Assembly: GCA_001804285.1 (NCBI GenBank) | Contig: MHFR01000051.1 | Location: forward strand, 46,926-110,925 | DNA length: 64,000 nucleotides | Source: Candidatus Danuiimicrobium aquiferis | Lineage (GTDB): Bacteria > Omnitrophota > Omnitrophia > Omnitrophales > Danuiimicrobiaceae | Direction of reading: 5' to 3' | Shown: positions 29,033 to 39,545 of the stretch, piece after piece | Numbering within the stretch: the first letter of the stretch is position 1 | How the letters are laid out: each line of letters opens with the position of its first letter | Program-made: the position numbers and the translations under genes | Notes under the pieces: generated by a model | What the model was told of the DNA's origin: nothing | What the model saw: only the letters and a program-made list of their open reading frames with translations | Database searches by the model: none

Positions 29033-30166
29033 CTACTGTTGATAGGTTGCGTGCAGAAAATGTTTAATCAGTTGTGTTTGCTCGTCGATTTCCAACAAAA
29101 ACGCATCGTGCCCGTAGGTCGACTTAATTTCACAATACGTGACGTCTACATGTCTCATCCGGAGCTGTTGAACAATTTCTTTGGACTGGTAAGACGGATA
29201 AAGCCAGTCCGATTTAAATGCAATGACCAAAAACCGGGTCGATACCGTTGTTCCTTTCGGAAACAGCTTATCTTCCGACAAATCAAAGTAATCCATCGCT
29301 TTCGTGATATATAAATAGGAATTTGCGTCGAATCTCTTAACGAAATTATCCCCGCGCGAACGCAAATAGCCCTCGACTTCAAAATCCGCCTTAAAACTGA
29401 AACTGTAATTATCCGTTTTCAGTTTCCTGGAAAATTTTGCTTCCATCGATTGATCGCTCATATAGGTGATATGACCGATCATCCGGGCAACCGAAAGCCC
29501 GCGTTCAGGCTGGCGGCCGCTGTCGTAATAATGTCCTTCCTGCCAATCCGGGTCAGACATGACCGCTTGACGTCCCACCTCATCGAACGCAATCTGCTGA
29601 GGAGAATGTTTGAGCGTACACGCAATCGGAATAGAACACCTCACCATTTCCGGGAAGTTGGCCACCCATTGAAGCGCCTGCATCCCGCCCATCGACCCGC
29701 CTGTGACACATAAAAGTTTTTCAATTCCCAAATGTTCAATTAAATGTTTTTGCGCATTCACCATATCGGAAACTGTGATAATGGGAAAATCAAGCGCGTA
29801 GGGTTTGTGTGTTTTGGGATTAATGGACGCCGGTCCCGTACTTCCCTTGCAACCGCCGATGACATTTGAGCAAATCACAAAATATTTTGTGGTATCAAAC
29901 GCTTTTCCGGGACCGATCATGTTGTCCCACCAGCCGGGTTTGTCGTCGTCTTCGTGATAACCAGCGGCGTGCGCATCGCCGGAAAACGCCTGTAAAATTA
30001 AAATGGCATTTGTTTTATCGCCATTTAATTCACCGTAAGTTTCATACGCGAGCGTAAGGGGCCCAAGTTTTTCACCGGATTCGAGCGTGAGCTCGTCCGG
30101 TGCTTCCGCGAATGTGAAAAATCGAGGTTCAACAATTCCAACGTTATTTTGATCTGTACGGCTCAT
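29033..30166 (-). CDS. metX: Homoserine O-acetyltransferase
   Basis: [20 protein letters not shown] nucleophile elbow, RFDANSY, GHDAFL; start at ATG 30166. Confidence 0.96.
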   Translation of the reverse strand: MSRTDQNNVGIVEPRFFTFAEAPDELTLESGEKLGPLTLAYETYGELNGDKTNAILILQAFSGDAHAAGYHEDDDKPGWWDNMIGPGKAFDTTKYFVICSNVIGGCKGSTGPASINPKTHKPYALDFPIITVSDMVNAQKHLIEHLGIEKLLCVTGGSMGGMQALQWVANFPEMVRCSIPIACTLKHSPQQIAFDEVGRQAVMSDPDWQEGHYYDSGRQPERGLSVARMIGHITYMSDQSMEAKFSRKLKTDNYSFSFKADFEVEGYLRSRGDNFVKRFDANSYLYITKAMDYFDLSEDKLFPKGTTVSTRFLVIAFKSDWLYPSYQSKEIVQQLRMRHVDVTYCEIKSTYGHDAFLLEIDEQTQLIKHFLHATYQQ

Positions 30167-30167
30167 T

Positions 30168-31472
30168 TTAACTTTTCCCTTTTGACTTAGCGAGAGCCTG
30201 TTCAATATCGGAAATGACATCATCAATATGTTCAAGCCCGATCGAAAGCCGGATAAAATCCTCCGTGACGCCCGTTGCTAATTGTTCCTCTTTTGAAAGC
30301 TGCTGATGGGTCGTGCTTGCCGGATGAATCGCCAGTGTTTTTGCGTCGCCAACATTGGCAACATGCGAAATCAACTCAAGCGAATCAATAAACGCCTTCC
30401 CGCTTGCAGCGCCGCCCTTAATCCCAAACCCGATAATTGCACCCGCACCTTTTGGCAAATATTTTTTTACTTTCGCAAGTTCCGGGCTCGAGGCAAGGCC
30501 CGGATAATTCACCCAACCGACAGCCGGATGTTTTTCTAAATACTGGGCGACGGCTAACGCATTCTCCGAGTGGCGCGGCATCCGAAGATGCAGGGTTTCC
30601 AATCCCTGCAAAAATAAAAAGGCATTAAACGGTGACATGGCCGGCCCCATATCCCGTAACAACGTGACGCGCGCTTTGATAATATAAGCAATGTTTCCGA
30701 TCGGTTTCAATGCCTCTACAAAGTTAATTCCATGATAGCTTGGGTCAGGATCTGCGATCAGTGGAAACTTTCCGTTCGTCCAGTCAAATTTCCCGGAATC
30801 GACAATGACGCCGCCGATCGACGTTCCGTGCCCGCCGATAAATTTGGTCGCGGAATAAGTAATAATATCGGCTCCGTAATCAAAGGGCTTCAAAAGATAG
30901 GGCGAAACCGTATTATCAATCACGAGCGGTATGCCGTTTTGCCGGGCAATTTCGCTAAGTGCTCCGATATCCGTAACGTTCAGTTTTGGGTTCCCAATCG
31001 ACTCGGCATAAATCGCTTTGGTTTTGGGCGAGATCGCTTTCTTGAACCCGTCCATATCCCCCGATTTGACAAACTTCACATCAATACCAAAACGCTTGAA
31101 GGTATAGTTTAAGAGTGTATAGGTTCCACCATACAAATTATCAGCAGAAACAATCTCGTCTCCGCTCTTCGCAATATTGAGGAGCGCAATGGTAAGGGCT
31201 GATTGGCCGCTCGCAACACCGAGGGCCCCGATACCGCCATCAAGCGCGGCGATTCGCTTTTCAAGAACATCCGTTGTCGGATTCATGAGGCGCGTGTAAA
31301 TATTGCCGAACTCTTTTAATCCGAATAGATTCGCCGCATGTTCGGAATTCTTGAATTGGTAGGAGGTCGTTTGATAAATGGGGACTGCACGCGAGCCCGT
31401 TACCGGATCCGGTTCCTGGCCTGCATGCAGTGCCAGTGTTTCAGGTTTTAATTTTTTCTCGTTTTTTGTCAT
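30168..31472 (-). CDS. metY: O-acetylhomoserine aminocarboxypropyltransferase/sulfhydrylase
   Basis: [27 protein letters not shown] (PLP lysine), [10 protein letters not shown]. Confidence 0.96.
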   Translation of the reverse strand: MTKNEKKLKPETLALHAGQEPDPVTGSRAVPIYQTTSYQFKNSEHAANLFGLKEFGNIYTRLMNPTTDVLEKRIAALDGGIGALGVASGQSALTIALLNIAKSGDEIVSADNLYGGTYTLLNYTFKRFGIDVKFVKSGDMDGFKKAISPKTKAIYAESIGNPKLNVTDIGALSEIARQNGIPLVIDNTVSPYLLKPFDYGADIITYSATKFIGGHGTSIGGVIVDSGKFDWTNGKFPLIADPDPSYHGINFVEALKPIGNIAYIIKARVTLLRDMGPAMSPFNAFLFLQGLETLHLRMPRHSENALAVAQYLEKHPAVGWVNYPGLASSPELAKVKKYLPKGAGAIIGFGIKGGAASGKAFIDSLELISHVANVGDAKTLAIHPASTTHQQLSKEEQLATGVTEDFIRLSIGLEHIDDVISDIEQALAKSKGKS

Positions 31473-31508
31473 GTTTTTCTCCCAATCGGGGATGACAGAC
31501 TTATTAAA

Positions 31509-32135
31509 TTAGCATTTCCCTAAAGTCTTCAGATCGGAACGATGCATCACAACGACACCTGATTTTTTCATGCTTTCAAATGCATTTTCGACATCGTCCG
31601 GACGCAATTTAACCCCTTTTACCGCATCCTGAATCACACAGGTTTGATACCCTAAACCAGCCGCGTCAATGGCCGTGTACTTTACACAATAATCGGTTGC
31701 CAGTCCAACAATATAAACCTCCCTAACATTTTGATTCTTTAAATAATCGTCCAAGCCCGTGGCGCTTTTTCTACCATCATCAAAAAAACCGCTGTAGCTG
31801 TCAATTTTAGGATCGGCTCCTTTATAAAACACCCGCTCAATCCTTTCCGGGTTCAAATGGTCAACAAATTCAGCCCCCTTTGTGTTTTGGACACAATGAT
31901 CCGGCCATAGGATGTGCTTGATACCGTCAGTTTCGATAACTTCCCCTGTTTTTTTACCGTGCGTCGATGCAAAACTAATATGATTTTTAGGATGCCAATC
32001 CTTCGTTGCCACAACGATGTCAAAGCATGTTTGCAATTGATTAATCACCCGAATGATTGAAACTCCATCCGGAACCGCCAACGATCCCCCCTGAACAAAA
32101 TCTTTTTGCAGATCGACGATAATAAGCGCTTTCAT
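31509..32135 (-). CDS. pncA: Nicotinamidase/pyrazinamidase
   Basis: VDLQKDF, DWHP, WPDHCV, DSYSGF, GLATDYCV. Confidence 0.96.
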   Translation of the reverse strand: MKALIIVDLQKDFVQGGSLAVPDGVSIIRVINQLQTCFDIVVATKDWHPKNHISFASTHGKKTGEVIETDGIKHILWPDHCVQNTKGAEFVDHLNPERIERVFYKGADPKIDSYSGFFDDGRKSATGLDDYLKNQNVREVYIVGLATDYCVKYTAIDAAGLGYQTCVIQDAVKGVKLRPDDVENAFESMKKSGVVVMHRSDLKTLGKC

Positions 32136-32182
32136 AAGGCATATTCTCTCAAATTATTGTATCTATGCATTGCTCCAGTTAC

Positions 32183-32217
32183 TTCCTCCCCTTGATGGGG
32201 GAGGACAGAGGTGAGGG
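32183..32217. repeat. Family B REP-like half element
   Basis: ttcctccccttgatgggggaggacagaggtgaggg, near-identical to 2911-2941. Confidence 0.7.
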
Positions 32218-32259
32218 AAATCTGTTAATCACTTCAAAACACTAAATAATTACCCAATA

Positions 32260-33741
32260 TTAAACAGCTGCTTGGTGCAGTTTTTTTGTTTTTAATACCA
32301 AATTTGTTTTTAAATCAAATAGCGACTTTTCAATCCCGGCCGGATATCGGTGGGGATTAACAAAACGTTTAATCCCTGAATGAAACCGCTCAAGTTCATC
32401 GTGAACTTTTATGCGAATATCCCGAATGGATGGCATCTCGTATACGCATTTCCCGCTCCGGAAAACAGGAACTAACAAATCCGAAAAACTTGTACTGGCT
32501 TCAATTATTTTTTGCCTCGTCATATCCGTCTGATCAACAATTGTACAACCCTTCGACAAATCCGTTCCTTCGTCGTAAATAACATCGGCAATATTTTCCC
32601 CCGCTTTGAAATAGCGCCTGACCTGATGAATGCCGGGATTATTAATTTTAATGGTTTGTTCTGAAATTTTAACTTTATATTGCCATTTTTCATTCCGGTT
32701 CCGGATTGCGGACAATTTGTAAATGCCGCCGAGCGCCGGATCATCGTGAGCAGTTACAAGTTTCGTTCCGATTCCCCAAATGTCTACTTTTCCCCCTTCA
32801 TGCTTAACACTGGCGATCGTATGTTCGTCGAGTTCATTGCTGACAACCACTTTAACGTTCGGAAAGCCCGCGTCATCGAGCATTTTCCGAGCCAGCCGGC
32901 TTAGGTAAGCCAGATCGCCTGAATCCAAACGGATTCCGATCAATTTATGCCCCTCGGCCCGCATTTCCTTCGCGACGTGAATGGCACGATTAATCCCATC
33001 GATTGAATCATAGGTATCTACAAGAAATATACAATTATTCGGAATTGCCTTTGCATACGCCCGAAACGCTTCCAATTCATCGCCAAACGCCATGACCCAA
33101 CTATGAGCATGCGTTCCCTTGACCGGAATGCCGAACAACTTTCCCGCAAGCACATTGCTGGTAGACGAACACCCGCCTATATAGGATGCTCTGCTCGCGG
33201 CGAGTGCGCCATCAATGCCTTGCGCGCGCCTCATCCCAAATTCAACCACATCATCACCTTCCGCAGCAAGACAAACCCGGGCGGCTTTCGTGGCGATTAA
33301 TGTTTGAAAATTGATAAAGTTTAAAAATACCGATTCCAAAATTTGGCTCTGAATGAGCGGCCCTTTGACGCGAACAAGCGGTTCGTGAGGAAACACAACC
33401 GTTCCTTCCGGGACAGCGTCCAAGTCGCATTCAAAACGGAAGCCGGAGAGATATTTTAAAAATTCAGAATTAAAAATCGGCTTGCCGTCTATCCCGTGAA
33501 ATGACGCCAAATGATTTAAATCGTCATCCGCAAACCGGAAATGCTTCAAATAATCAATCACATACTCAAGTCCGCACGCGACGGCAAAACCGCCCTGAAA
33601 TGGATTGTTCCGGAAAGTCAGATGAAAGACGGCTTCTTTGTCTTGAATGCCTGCTTTCCAATAGCCGTAGGCCATGGTCAGTTCATAAAAATCCGTGAAC
33701 AGCGCGAGCGATGGATGGAAAAGCAGTTTTTGTTCGGCCAT
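32260..33741 (-). CDS. pncB: Nicotinate phosphoribosyltransferase
   Basis: TDFYELTM, EFGMRRAQG, GTHAHSW, LVDTYD, IRLDSGDL. Confidence 0.96.
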   Translation of the reverse strand: MAEQKLLFHPSLALFTDFYELTMAYGYWKAGIQDKEAVFHLTFRNNPFQGGFAVACGLEYVIDYLKHFRFADDDLNHLASFHGIDGKPIFNSEFLKYLSGFRFECDLDAVPEGTVVFPHEPLVRVKGPLIQSQILESVFLNFINFQTLIATKAARVCLAAEGDDVVEFGMRRAQGIDGALAASRASYIGGCSSTSNVLAGKLFGIPVKGTHAHSWVMAFGDELEAFRAYAKAIPNNCIFLVDTYDSIDGINRAIHVAKEMRAEGHKLIGIRLDSGDLAYLSRLARKMLDDAGFPNVKVVVSNELDEHTIASVKHEGGKVDIWGIGTKLVTAHDDPALGGIYKLSAIRNRNEKWQYKVKISEQTIKINNPGIHQVRRYFKAGENIADVIYDEGTDLSKGCTIVDQTDMTRQKIIEASTSFSDLLVPVFRSGKCVYEMPSIRDIRIKVHDELERFHSGIKRFVNPHRYPAGIEKSLFDLKTNLVLKTKKLHQAAV

Positions 33742-33742
33742 A

Positions 33743-34603
33743 TTAAACTCCTGCGGTATTTTTTATTATACCACTTTCGATAATGATCTTTTCAAATTCC
33801 TTAATCCGTTCTGCATTTCCCCGTTTCTTCGCACCCTCGAGGACAATCTGACATTTCCGCCTAAGTTCGGCAAACGTTAATTCAACATGGGCTTGAGTGA
33901 GAATTCCCGACTGCAACATTTTCATCATCGCATAAACCCGGTAGCGGTCTAGTGTGTCAATTGTTCGGGAGAGCTGATCTTCATGTCCACCATATTTAAT
34001 CACGAATGCTTCGTCAATTAATCCGACTTGATATTTTGCACTGATCCGGAGCCACAGATCATAATCTTCACAGGCCGGAAACGATTCGTCAAAAAGGCCG
34101 GTTTCATCGAAAATGGTGCGGTGCATCATCACGGCCGAAGGACTAATCACGCACAAAGAAAGACATTTTTCGTAAATCCAGCCGCCAAATTTTTGATGTT
34201 TTTTCATCGGGTTGACGCGTTTCCCGTTTCTGATCCAAATTTCTTCCGTCTGGCAAATCAGGCAGTCCGGGTTCTTTTTAAAAAACCGGATTTGTGCATC
34301 GATCTTTCCGGATTTCCATTCATCATCCGAATCCAGAAATGAAATTAACTTGGCCCTCGAATTCTGGATGCCTAAATTGCGCGCGGCTGCAGGTCCTTTA
34401 TTGGGTTGATGCAGATATTTGATTTCAGAATGCTGTTTAGATAACCTGTCAATCATCGCAGCGGTTTCATCCGTAGAACCATCATCAACAATAATAAGCT
34501 CGAAAGATGAGCCTTCTTGCGTGAATACAGAATTGATTGCGCGCCGCAGAACGTGCGCGCGATTGTAAGTGGGAATGATTACGCTAACGGATGGAAAGGC
34601 CAT
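33743..34603 (-). CDS. Glycosyltransferase family 2
   Basis: VIIPTYNR, VDDGSTD, ARNLG, FLDSDD, CEDYDLW; start at ATG 34603. Confidence 0.92.
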   Translation of the reverse strand: MAFPSVSVIIPTYNRAHVLRRAINSVFTQEGSSFELIIVDDGSTDETAAMIDRLSKQHSEIKYLHQPNKGPAAARNLGIQNSRAKLISFLDSDDEWKSGKIDAQIRFFKKNPDCLICQTEEIWIRNGKRVNPMKKHQKFGGWIYEKCLSLCVISPSAVMMHRTIFDETGLFDESFPACEDYDLWLRISAKYQVGLIDEAFVIKYGGHEDQLSRTIDTLDRYRVYAMMKMLQSGILTQAHVELTFAELRRKCQIVLEGAKKRGNAERIKEFEKIIIESGIIKNTAGV

Positions 34604-34608
34604 ATGAA

Positions 34609-35550
34609 TCAGATATCTTTGGGCCGTTTTTTCCACCGACGGTGGTACCAAGCCCATTGCCACGGATATTGTTTAATAAGATCTTCAAAAAAGTGATTTA
34701 TTTTAAGCGTTGTTTCGTATTCCCAATTTTCGGATGATTGATCGACCCGAAATTCGGGACTGATGACAAGCCTATATTTTCCGGGTTTTATTCGCACACA
34801 GGAAATCGCAACGATCGGCGCTTGACACTTTACCGCCAACCGAACCGGAAATGTGGTAGTGGCTGTCGGAACATTAAAGAATGGAATCCACTTTCCGTCT
34901 GAGCCCGCCCATTGGTCAATCAAAAGCGCGATCACTTCGTTGTTTTTAATTTTCCGCATAATTACCCGGATGGATTCGTTTTTATCCGCGTACTTAAGAC
35001 CGGTTGAGTGGCGCAGATGTTCAATCCACCGATACAAATAACGATTCCGGAAACTTTTACCGATCACCGTACAAGTAAATTTTAGCAAATGTGGAATAAA
35101 GGCGGTATATTCCCACGAGCCCAAATGTGCCATGACAAACACAACGCCCTTTCCTTCCAAAAGCCCGTTTGACAAATGTTCTCCGCCGGAAAGCGTAAAA
35201 CGATCTTTCTGATCTGCAATGGTTTTTTCCGTGCGCATGAATTCCATGACGGATGTTATTAAATTCTGAAAAGATTTTCGCGCGATTCGTTTTTTCTCGT
35301 TGGCCGGGATCGTGTTGCCGTACGCAAGGTCTAAATTGTAAAGCGCAATCTTTCGTCTCTTCCCGGCAACAAAATAAGCAAGATCACCGATCCGGCAAGA
35401 AATCCATGACGCCCATTCAATCGGAATCACACCAATTCCAAACGCGACGAGCCGGATAACGCAATAAATCAAAAATTCAAGCGGCGGCAAATCAAGCCTC
35501 CGCTTCGGCTGATTTTGTTTTTCAATAAATTTTGGTAAGCTGTTTGACAT
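34609..35550 (-). CDS. Lipid A late acyltransferase (LpxL/HtrB family)
   Basis: AHLGSWE, LLIDQ, PFF, PWQWAWYHRRWK. Confidence 0.9.
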   Translation of the reverse strand: MSNSLPKFIEKQNQPKRRLDLPPLEFLIYCVIRLVAFGIGVIPIEWASWISCRIGDLAYFVAGKRRKIALYNLDLAYGNTIPANEKKRIARKSFQNLITSVMEFMRTEKTIADQKDRFTLSGGEHLSNGLLEGKGVVFVMAHLGSWEYTAFIPHLLKFTCTVIGKSFRNRYLYRWIEHLRHSTGLKYADKNESIRVIMRKIKNNEVIALLIDQWAGSDGKWIPFFNVPTATTTFPVRLAVKCQAPIVAISCVRIKPGKYRLVISPEFRVDQSSENWEYETTLKINHFFEDLIKQYPWQWAWYHRRWKKRPKDI

Positions 35551-35574
35551 GGTTTTTAAAAAGTAGTGGATGAT

Positions 35575-36450
35575 TTAGACGGGTTGAGTTTTTGTTTGAA
35601 CCGGCACGGCAAATGTGTTTCGGATCGGTTGTGTGATTTCCAGAAATGTGGTTGCATCGGGTACGTAATTGTTTTTCATGGTTTGCGTGGATTCGAAAGT
35701 TTTCGAGATCCGGTTTAGACGGTCAGTGGAAATGGGATGCGTTTGAAGATAATCATAAACATATGCATGATTCAAATCATTCACATCCGTTAACCGTTCA
35801 AACAGTTCGATTAGCACCGTCGGATCATAGCCGCTTTTGAGTAGATATTGAATTGCGTGTTCATCCGCGTCATAGATTCGGTCTTCCTGTGATTTCACCG
35901 AACCGAGCTTCTTACTCATAAAAGCAAGCCCGATCGTTGCGAATGATCCGTAAGGGGGAAAAGCCGGTGCGACCATTGTCCCTGCATTGAGTACCCCTTG
36001 TAGAATCTTTTTCATCCTTGAGGTTCGCGGGTCGCGGTATTGGAGCGCACCGATTTCAATCGCTAAAATCGCAGCAAGATCCTGTTCGTTTTTTAAAATC
36101 CGGAAAGCGCCTGTTGTCAAATAAATATACCCACCCGGTGCGTTTAGTGCGTAAACCCGCTCATCATTGAGTAATATAAATTGGTATTGCAGATCCCTTC
36201 GTTCAGCAAAAGCAGAGACATTGCGACCGACGGTATTGACATACTCAGAAATCAGGGGCTGATCGTAAACGGGCACCATCCCCAAGATTTGCTGATTGAT
36301 CGTTTTTCCGACTTCAGATTCTGCAGGCAGAAAAGAAGTGCTTACCGGCACATGATCATCAACTTGATTTATTGTGCACCCAAAGAGAAAGAAAACAATG
36401 CAGATTGCGAGTTCGTTTCTAACGATATTTATCCGGATAGGTTTATTCAT
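35575..36450 (-). CDS. M48 peptidase-like lipoprotein with degenerate active site
   Basis: Lipobox-like LFGC, PGGYIYLTTG, LAAILAIEIGA in place of HExxH, GYDP, THP. Confidence 0.78.
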   Translation of the reverse strand: MNKPIRINIVRNELAICIVFFLFGCTINQVDDHVPVSTSFLPAESEVGKTINQQILGMVPVYDQPLISEYVNTVGRNVSAFAERRDLQYQFILLNDERVYALNAPGGYIYLTTGAFRILKNEQDLAAILAIEIGALQYRDPRTSRMKKILQGVLNAGTMVAPAFPPYGSFATIGLAFMSKKLGSVKSQEDRIYDADEHAIQYLLKSGYDPTVLIELFERLTDVNDLNHAYVYDYLQTHPISTDRLNRISKTFESTQTMKNNYVPDATTFLEITQPIRNTFAVPVQTKTQPV

Positions 36451-36548
36451 CAGAATTTAATCATTGGTAATCGCCCCGTATAAGACATTCGGGACGGTTT
36501 GAAGGTTTTTAATTGATATTTCTTGTCGTTCGTTGTTTCTCAACTTCT

Positions 36549-36734
36549 AAAAATCCGAATTCCCGAATATCGCCCGCCACAAAGAGTTGGCGGGTCCGCC
36601 ATGTTGTGTGGTGGAACATCCGAAACAAGCCCTAAATTCGAATACCTCAATATTTTAAATAACTTTTGTGATATTTGAATTTTGGATTTCGGATTTGCTT
36701 CGGATTCCGTAATTTCGTGCTTCGAAATTAACCT
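36549..36734. repeat. Family C repeat (ATCCGAA/TTCGGAT-rich) with nested CCGCC double hairpin
   Basis: Homologous to 39546-39868; insert ccgccacaaagagttggcgggtccgccatgttgtgtggtgga. Confidence 0.7.
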
Positions 36735-36890
36735 AACAAACCCTATGCGAATTTGTGAAACAAGGTAATGATAACCTGCGCCCGCCCCGCATAAAACACG
36801 CGGGACAGGTTGTCCGCCACTAAAGCTTAGGCGGATCCACCAACGATTTGTGGTGGACAAATTTTGATCGATGTTTATTTACAAGTAATT

Positions 36891-36964
36891 TGCGCCCGCC
36901 GAGGATCGAACTCGGAACCTACAGGTTCGAAGCCTGTCACTCTATCCAATTGAGCTACGGGCGC
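36891..36964 (-). tRNA. tRNA-Arg (TCG)
   Basis: GCGCCCGTAGCTCAATTGGATAGAGTG-ACAGG-CTTCGAA-CCTGT-AGGTTCCGAGTTCGATCCTCGGCGGGCGCA cloverleaf; CCA not encoded. Confidence 0.96.
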
Positions 36965-37321
36965 ACTAACGGTAATACTTTACTAATGCTTAGGTTATCC
37001 CGCCATAGAATTTTATTTGCAAGATAACCTTTATCGGCCGTCCTTTAGGGCGGGCGCTTTGAAATCTTTTATTTGTAACCCTCAACGGGTTCTTATATAT
37101 GTAAGTGATTGGGTTGTCATGACTTCTTATCAATGAATTAGATTTATTTAAATGTAAGTCATGGCTATCCAGCCGAGCTACAATCTGACATAACCACAAC
37201 CTCTAATTGCCGTTATTTTAACAATTTACAACGATTTATCAAACATTTCTTTCCCCTGAATTTCTTTCCTTGTAAAAAGCAAGGAACTTGCGGATCGTCT
37301 CATTTTGAAAAGCCTTATACT

Positions 37322-37426
37322 TGTCCGCCACTATTGCGTTGGCGGATCAGCCTTTGGCTGAAAGCGGGGATCCAAAAAATAATTCAAATTCAAATACTGG
37401 ATTTCTGCCTACTGCCTGCGGGAATC
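37322..37426. repeat. Degenerate family A doublet with CCGCC hairpin insert
   Basis: ccgccactattgcgttggcggatcagcctttggctga-aagcggggatcca...tggatttc...gcgggaat. Confidence 0.55.
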
Positions 37427-37907
37427 TTCCTCTTGCCTTTTCCAATACTAATTTTCGGACGGGTATCTGACATCTATCTTAAAACAACTTACATGATGGT
37501 TAAATGCCGCGTCGAGATCAAGAAATCGCCTTCGCATTTCAAAGCAATCAGATGTCTGTTGCGTTGGCGTGAAATAATTCAGGCATGCATTGTTATCATC
37601 GCCGGACTCAAGATTTTATAACGACTGTAGAAATCAAACTGCGCCAATTTCTAAATACGATTTGGGGCCACGATTTGGGGAAATAAGTATCTTTTTGAAG
37701 GTTTCAGAGGTACTATTGTCTTGCAAAGTAACGCGAGAAGGCGAGGTTTTGCCGCGCGATTGGCGAGCAGACCATTCTGCAAACGGTTTTCATCTTTGTC
37801 TTGAGCCTCTTGCTTGGGTCATTCTGATTTTGTTTAAACTGCGAGTTTTATTCCTGATTTATGAGAATTCTTGCAATGATAATATCGAGATTAAGAAAGG
37901 ACACGGC

Positions 37908-38378
37908 ATGATAAAAAAACCTCATCCAGAGAAAAAATATTCTAAGGTGGATTTGGAAAAGATACGGACGAGAGCGAGGGAAATATGGAAGAGGAAATGT
38001 CAATCACTTAATACTGCGCTTGACGATTGGCTTCAAGCAGAACGGGAACTTCGGAAACAACTTGGGATAGAGCATAAAAGTTCTGCGGATTATACCGCTG
38101 AAGAAGTTAGACAAATAAAAGAAAGGGCGGAAGCTGTCCGACAAGAAAAGATCGGGACATTGCGCACGGCATTTAACGACTGGATCGAAGCAGAGCAAGA
38201 GCTCAAAGCGGAATTAAAGAAAAGGATTAATGTAAACGGCCTTTTTGATTTATGGTTTGGAGAAGCATCTTCCCGTGTTACCTTGATATTAAAAACAAAT
38301 CCCGTGGCCTCTTCGATTGCTATTGATGAAATTTTGGGGCAGCAATATGTTGAATTAATGGCAAAGTGTATGACCTGA
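37908..38378 (+). CDS. Tandem DUF2934-like protein
   Basis: Two copies of IRxRAxEIW...DWLxAExEL; RBS AAAGGA before ATG 37908. Confidence 0.72.
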   Translation: MIKKPHPEKKYSKVDLEKIRTRAREIWKRKCQSLNTALDDWLQAERELRKQLGIEHKSSADYTAEEVRQIKERAEAVRQEKIGTLRTAFNDWIEAEQELKAELKKRINVNGLFDLWFGEASSRVTLILKTNPVASSIAIDEILGQQYVELMAKCMT

Positions 38379-38410
38379 ACGATATTTAAAAAATTGCGAG
38401 CGAAAAGTTG

Positions 38411-38551
38411 CTAACCCGACCTTCTCATCGATTTTGCGACTCAACGAGAAGGCCGCTTTTGGCGTAATATGTTGCGCCAAAAGTTTTGCGCGCTTGTTAA
38501 ATCAGGGCTTACGAGCGGAATTTCTTATTGGGGATGAGAAATCCGGGCTAA
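38411..38551 (-). mobile_element. MITE family D (~140 bp, imperfect 18-bp TIRs)
   Basis: ctaacccgaccttctcatc...gatgagaaatccgggctaa; reverse complement of the 39609 copy. Confidence 0.8.
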
Positions 38552-38560
38552 CAGTACGCT

Positions 38561-39511
38561 TTAGGGTGCGATTTTCCGCGATTCCAGAACGAGTGCCAAA
38601 ACGCCGAAATCCGCAACTTTATCTTTCAATTTTGACCGGATAATTTTACAAGTTTTATAAACCGCCGGCCAGGTTTCCCTTTTAATGGCCGCAATCATTG
38701 GATCCCAAAAATAGTGAACTTCTGACATCACTCCACCGCCTAAAATAATCGCTTCCGGATTCAATAGGTTAATCACATTTGCCAGGCCAATACCTAAATA
38801 ATCAGCAGCAATCAATCTGGCGCGAATCGAAAGCCGATCACCTTTTTTAGCCGCTTGGGCAATGGCCGAACCGTTCACAGACGTTTTGTGATTTAGATTC
38901 TTTTTTACATAATTCTCAATCGCTGTTCCGCTTGCATAAGCTTCAAGGCAACCGCGCTTTCCGCAATTGCATTTGATTCCGTTCGGGACAACTGTCATAT
39001 GACCAAGCTCCCCTGCAACTCCCGACGTTCCTCTCACCAAACGTCCATTGGCAAAAATTCCGGAGCCGATACCTGTGCTGACGGTAACATACAAAAAATC
39101 GCTGAATTTTCTACCTTCGCCAAAATAGCTTTCTCCCAGTGCGGTTACATTTGCATCGTTATCGACGAAAACAGGTAATTTTAATTTCTTCCGAAGAATT
39201 GATTTAAGCGCGAGCCCGCGCCATCCGGGTAAATTAGGCGATTTTAGTACGATTCCATTTTGAACATCAATATGTCCGGGAACAGCAACTCCAACACCCA
39301 AGATTTTGTTTTTCGATAGATGATATTTCGAGACAAGAGAATGAATGGCGTCACAAATTTCCGAAATGGATTGAACCGGTTTTTGTCCGGATCGTGAAGA
39401 GAAACGGTTATGATCTAAAATCTTTCCTTTGGTGGTTCCCAAAGTCACAGAGGTTTTGGTTCCGCCAATATCAATCCCGATGAGATATTTTTTCTTTATG
39501 TGTGCCATCAT
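38561..39511 (-). CDS. ROK-family sugar kinase (glucokinase-like)
   Basis: GIDIGGTK, DNDANV, STGIG, GELGH, CNCGKRGCLE; no N-terminal HTH. Confidence 0.92.
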   Translation of the reverse strand: MMAHIKKKYLIGIDIGGTKTSVTLGTTKGKILDHNRFSSRSGQKPVQSISEICDAIHSLVSKYHLSKNKILGVGVAVPGHIDVQNGIVLKSPNLPGWRGLALKSILRKKLKLPVFVDNDANVTALGESYFGEGRKFSDFLYVTVSTGIGSGIFANGRLVRGTSGVAGELGHMTVVPNGIKCNCGKRGCLEAYASGTAIENYVKKNLNHKTSVNGSAIAQAAKKGDRLSIRARLIAADYLGIGLANVINLLNPEAIILGGGVMSEVHYFWDPMIAAIKRETWPAVYKTCKIIRSKLKDKVADFGVLALVLESRKIAP

Positions 39512-39545
39512 ATTAGTGCGATGCTTCTTAATTCGCAAAATGCCG

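Noticed and set aside
31473-31508. SAM or TPP riboswitch for metY/thiD
   Set aside because: Only 36 bp, containing a family A half-site remnant; thiD overlaps metW and has no leader.
36540-36860. 106-aa ORF and similar ORFs at 38434, 39500, 43304, 44579 and 50689
   Set aside because: They are translations of repeats or MITEs, not genes.
37590-37907. N-terminal extension of the DUF2934 ORF (likewise the extensions given for ugd, metX, ROK, ParA and the PilV-like gene)
   Set aside because: Better starts with an RBS or translational coupling lie downstream; the extensions overlap neighbours or repeats.
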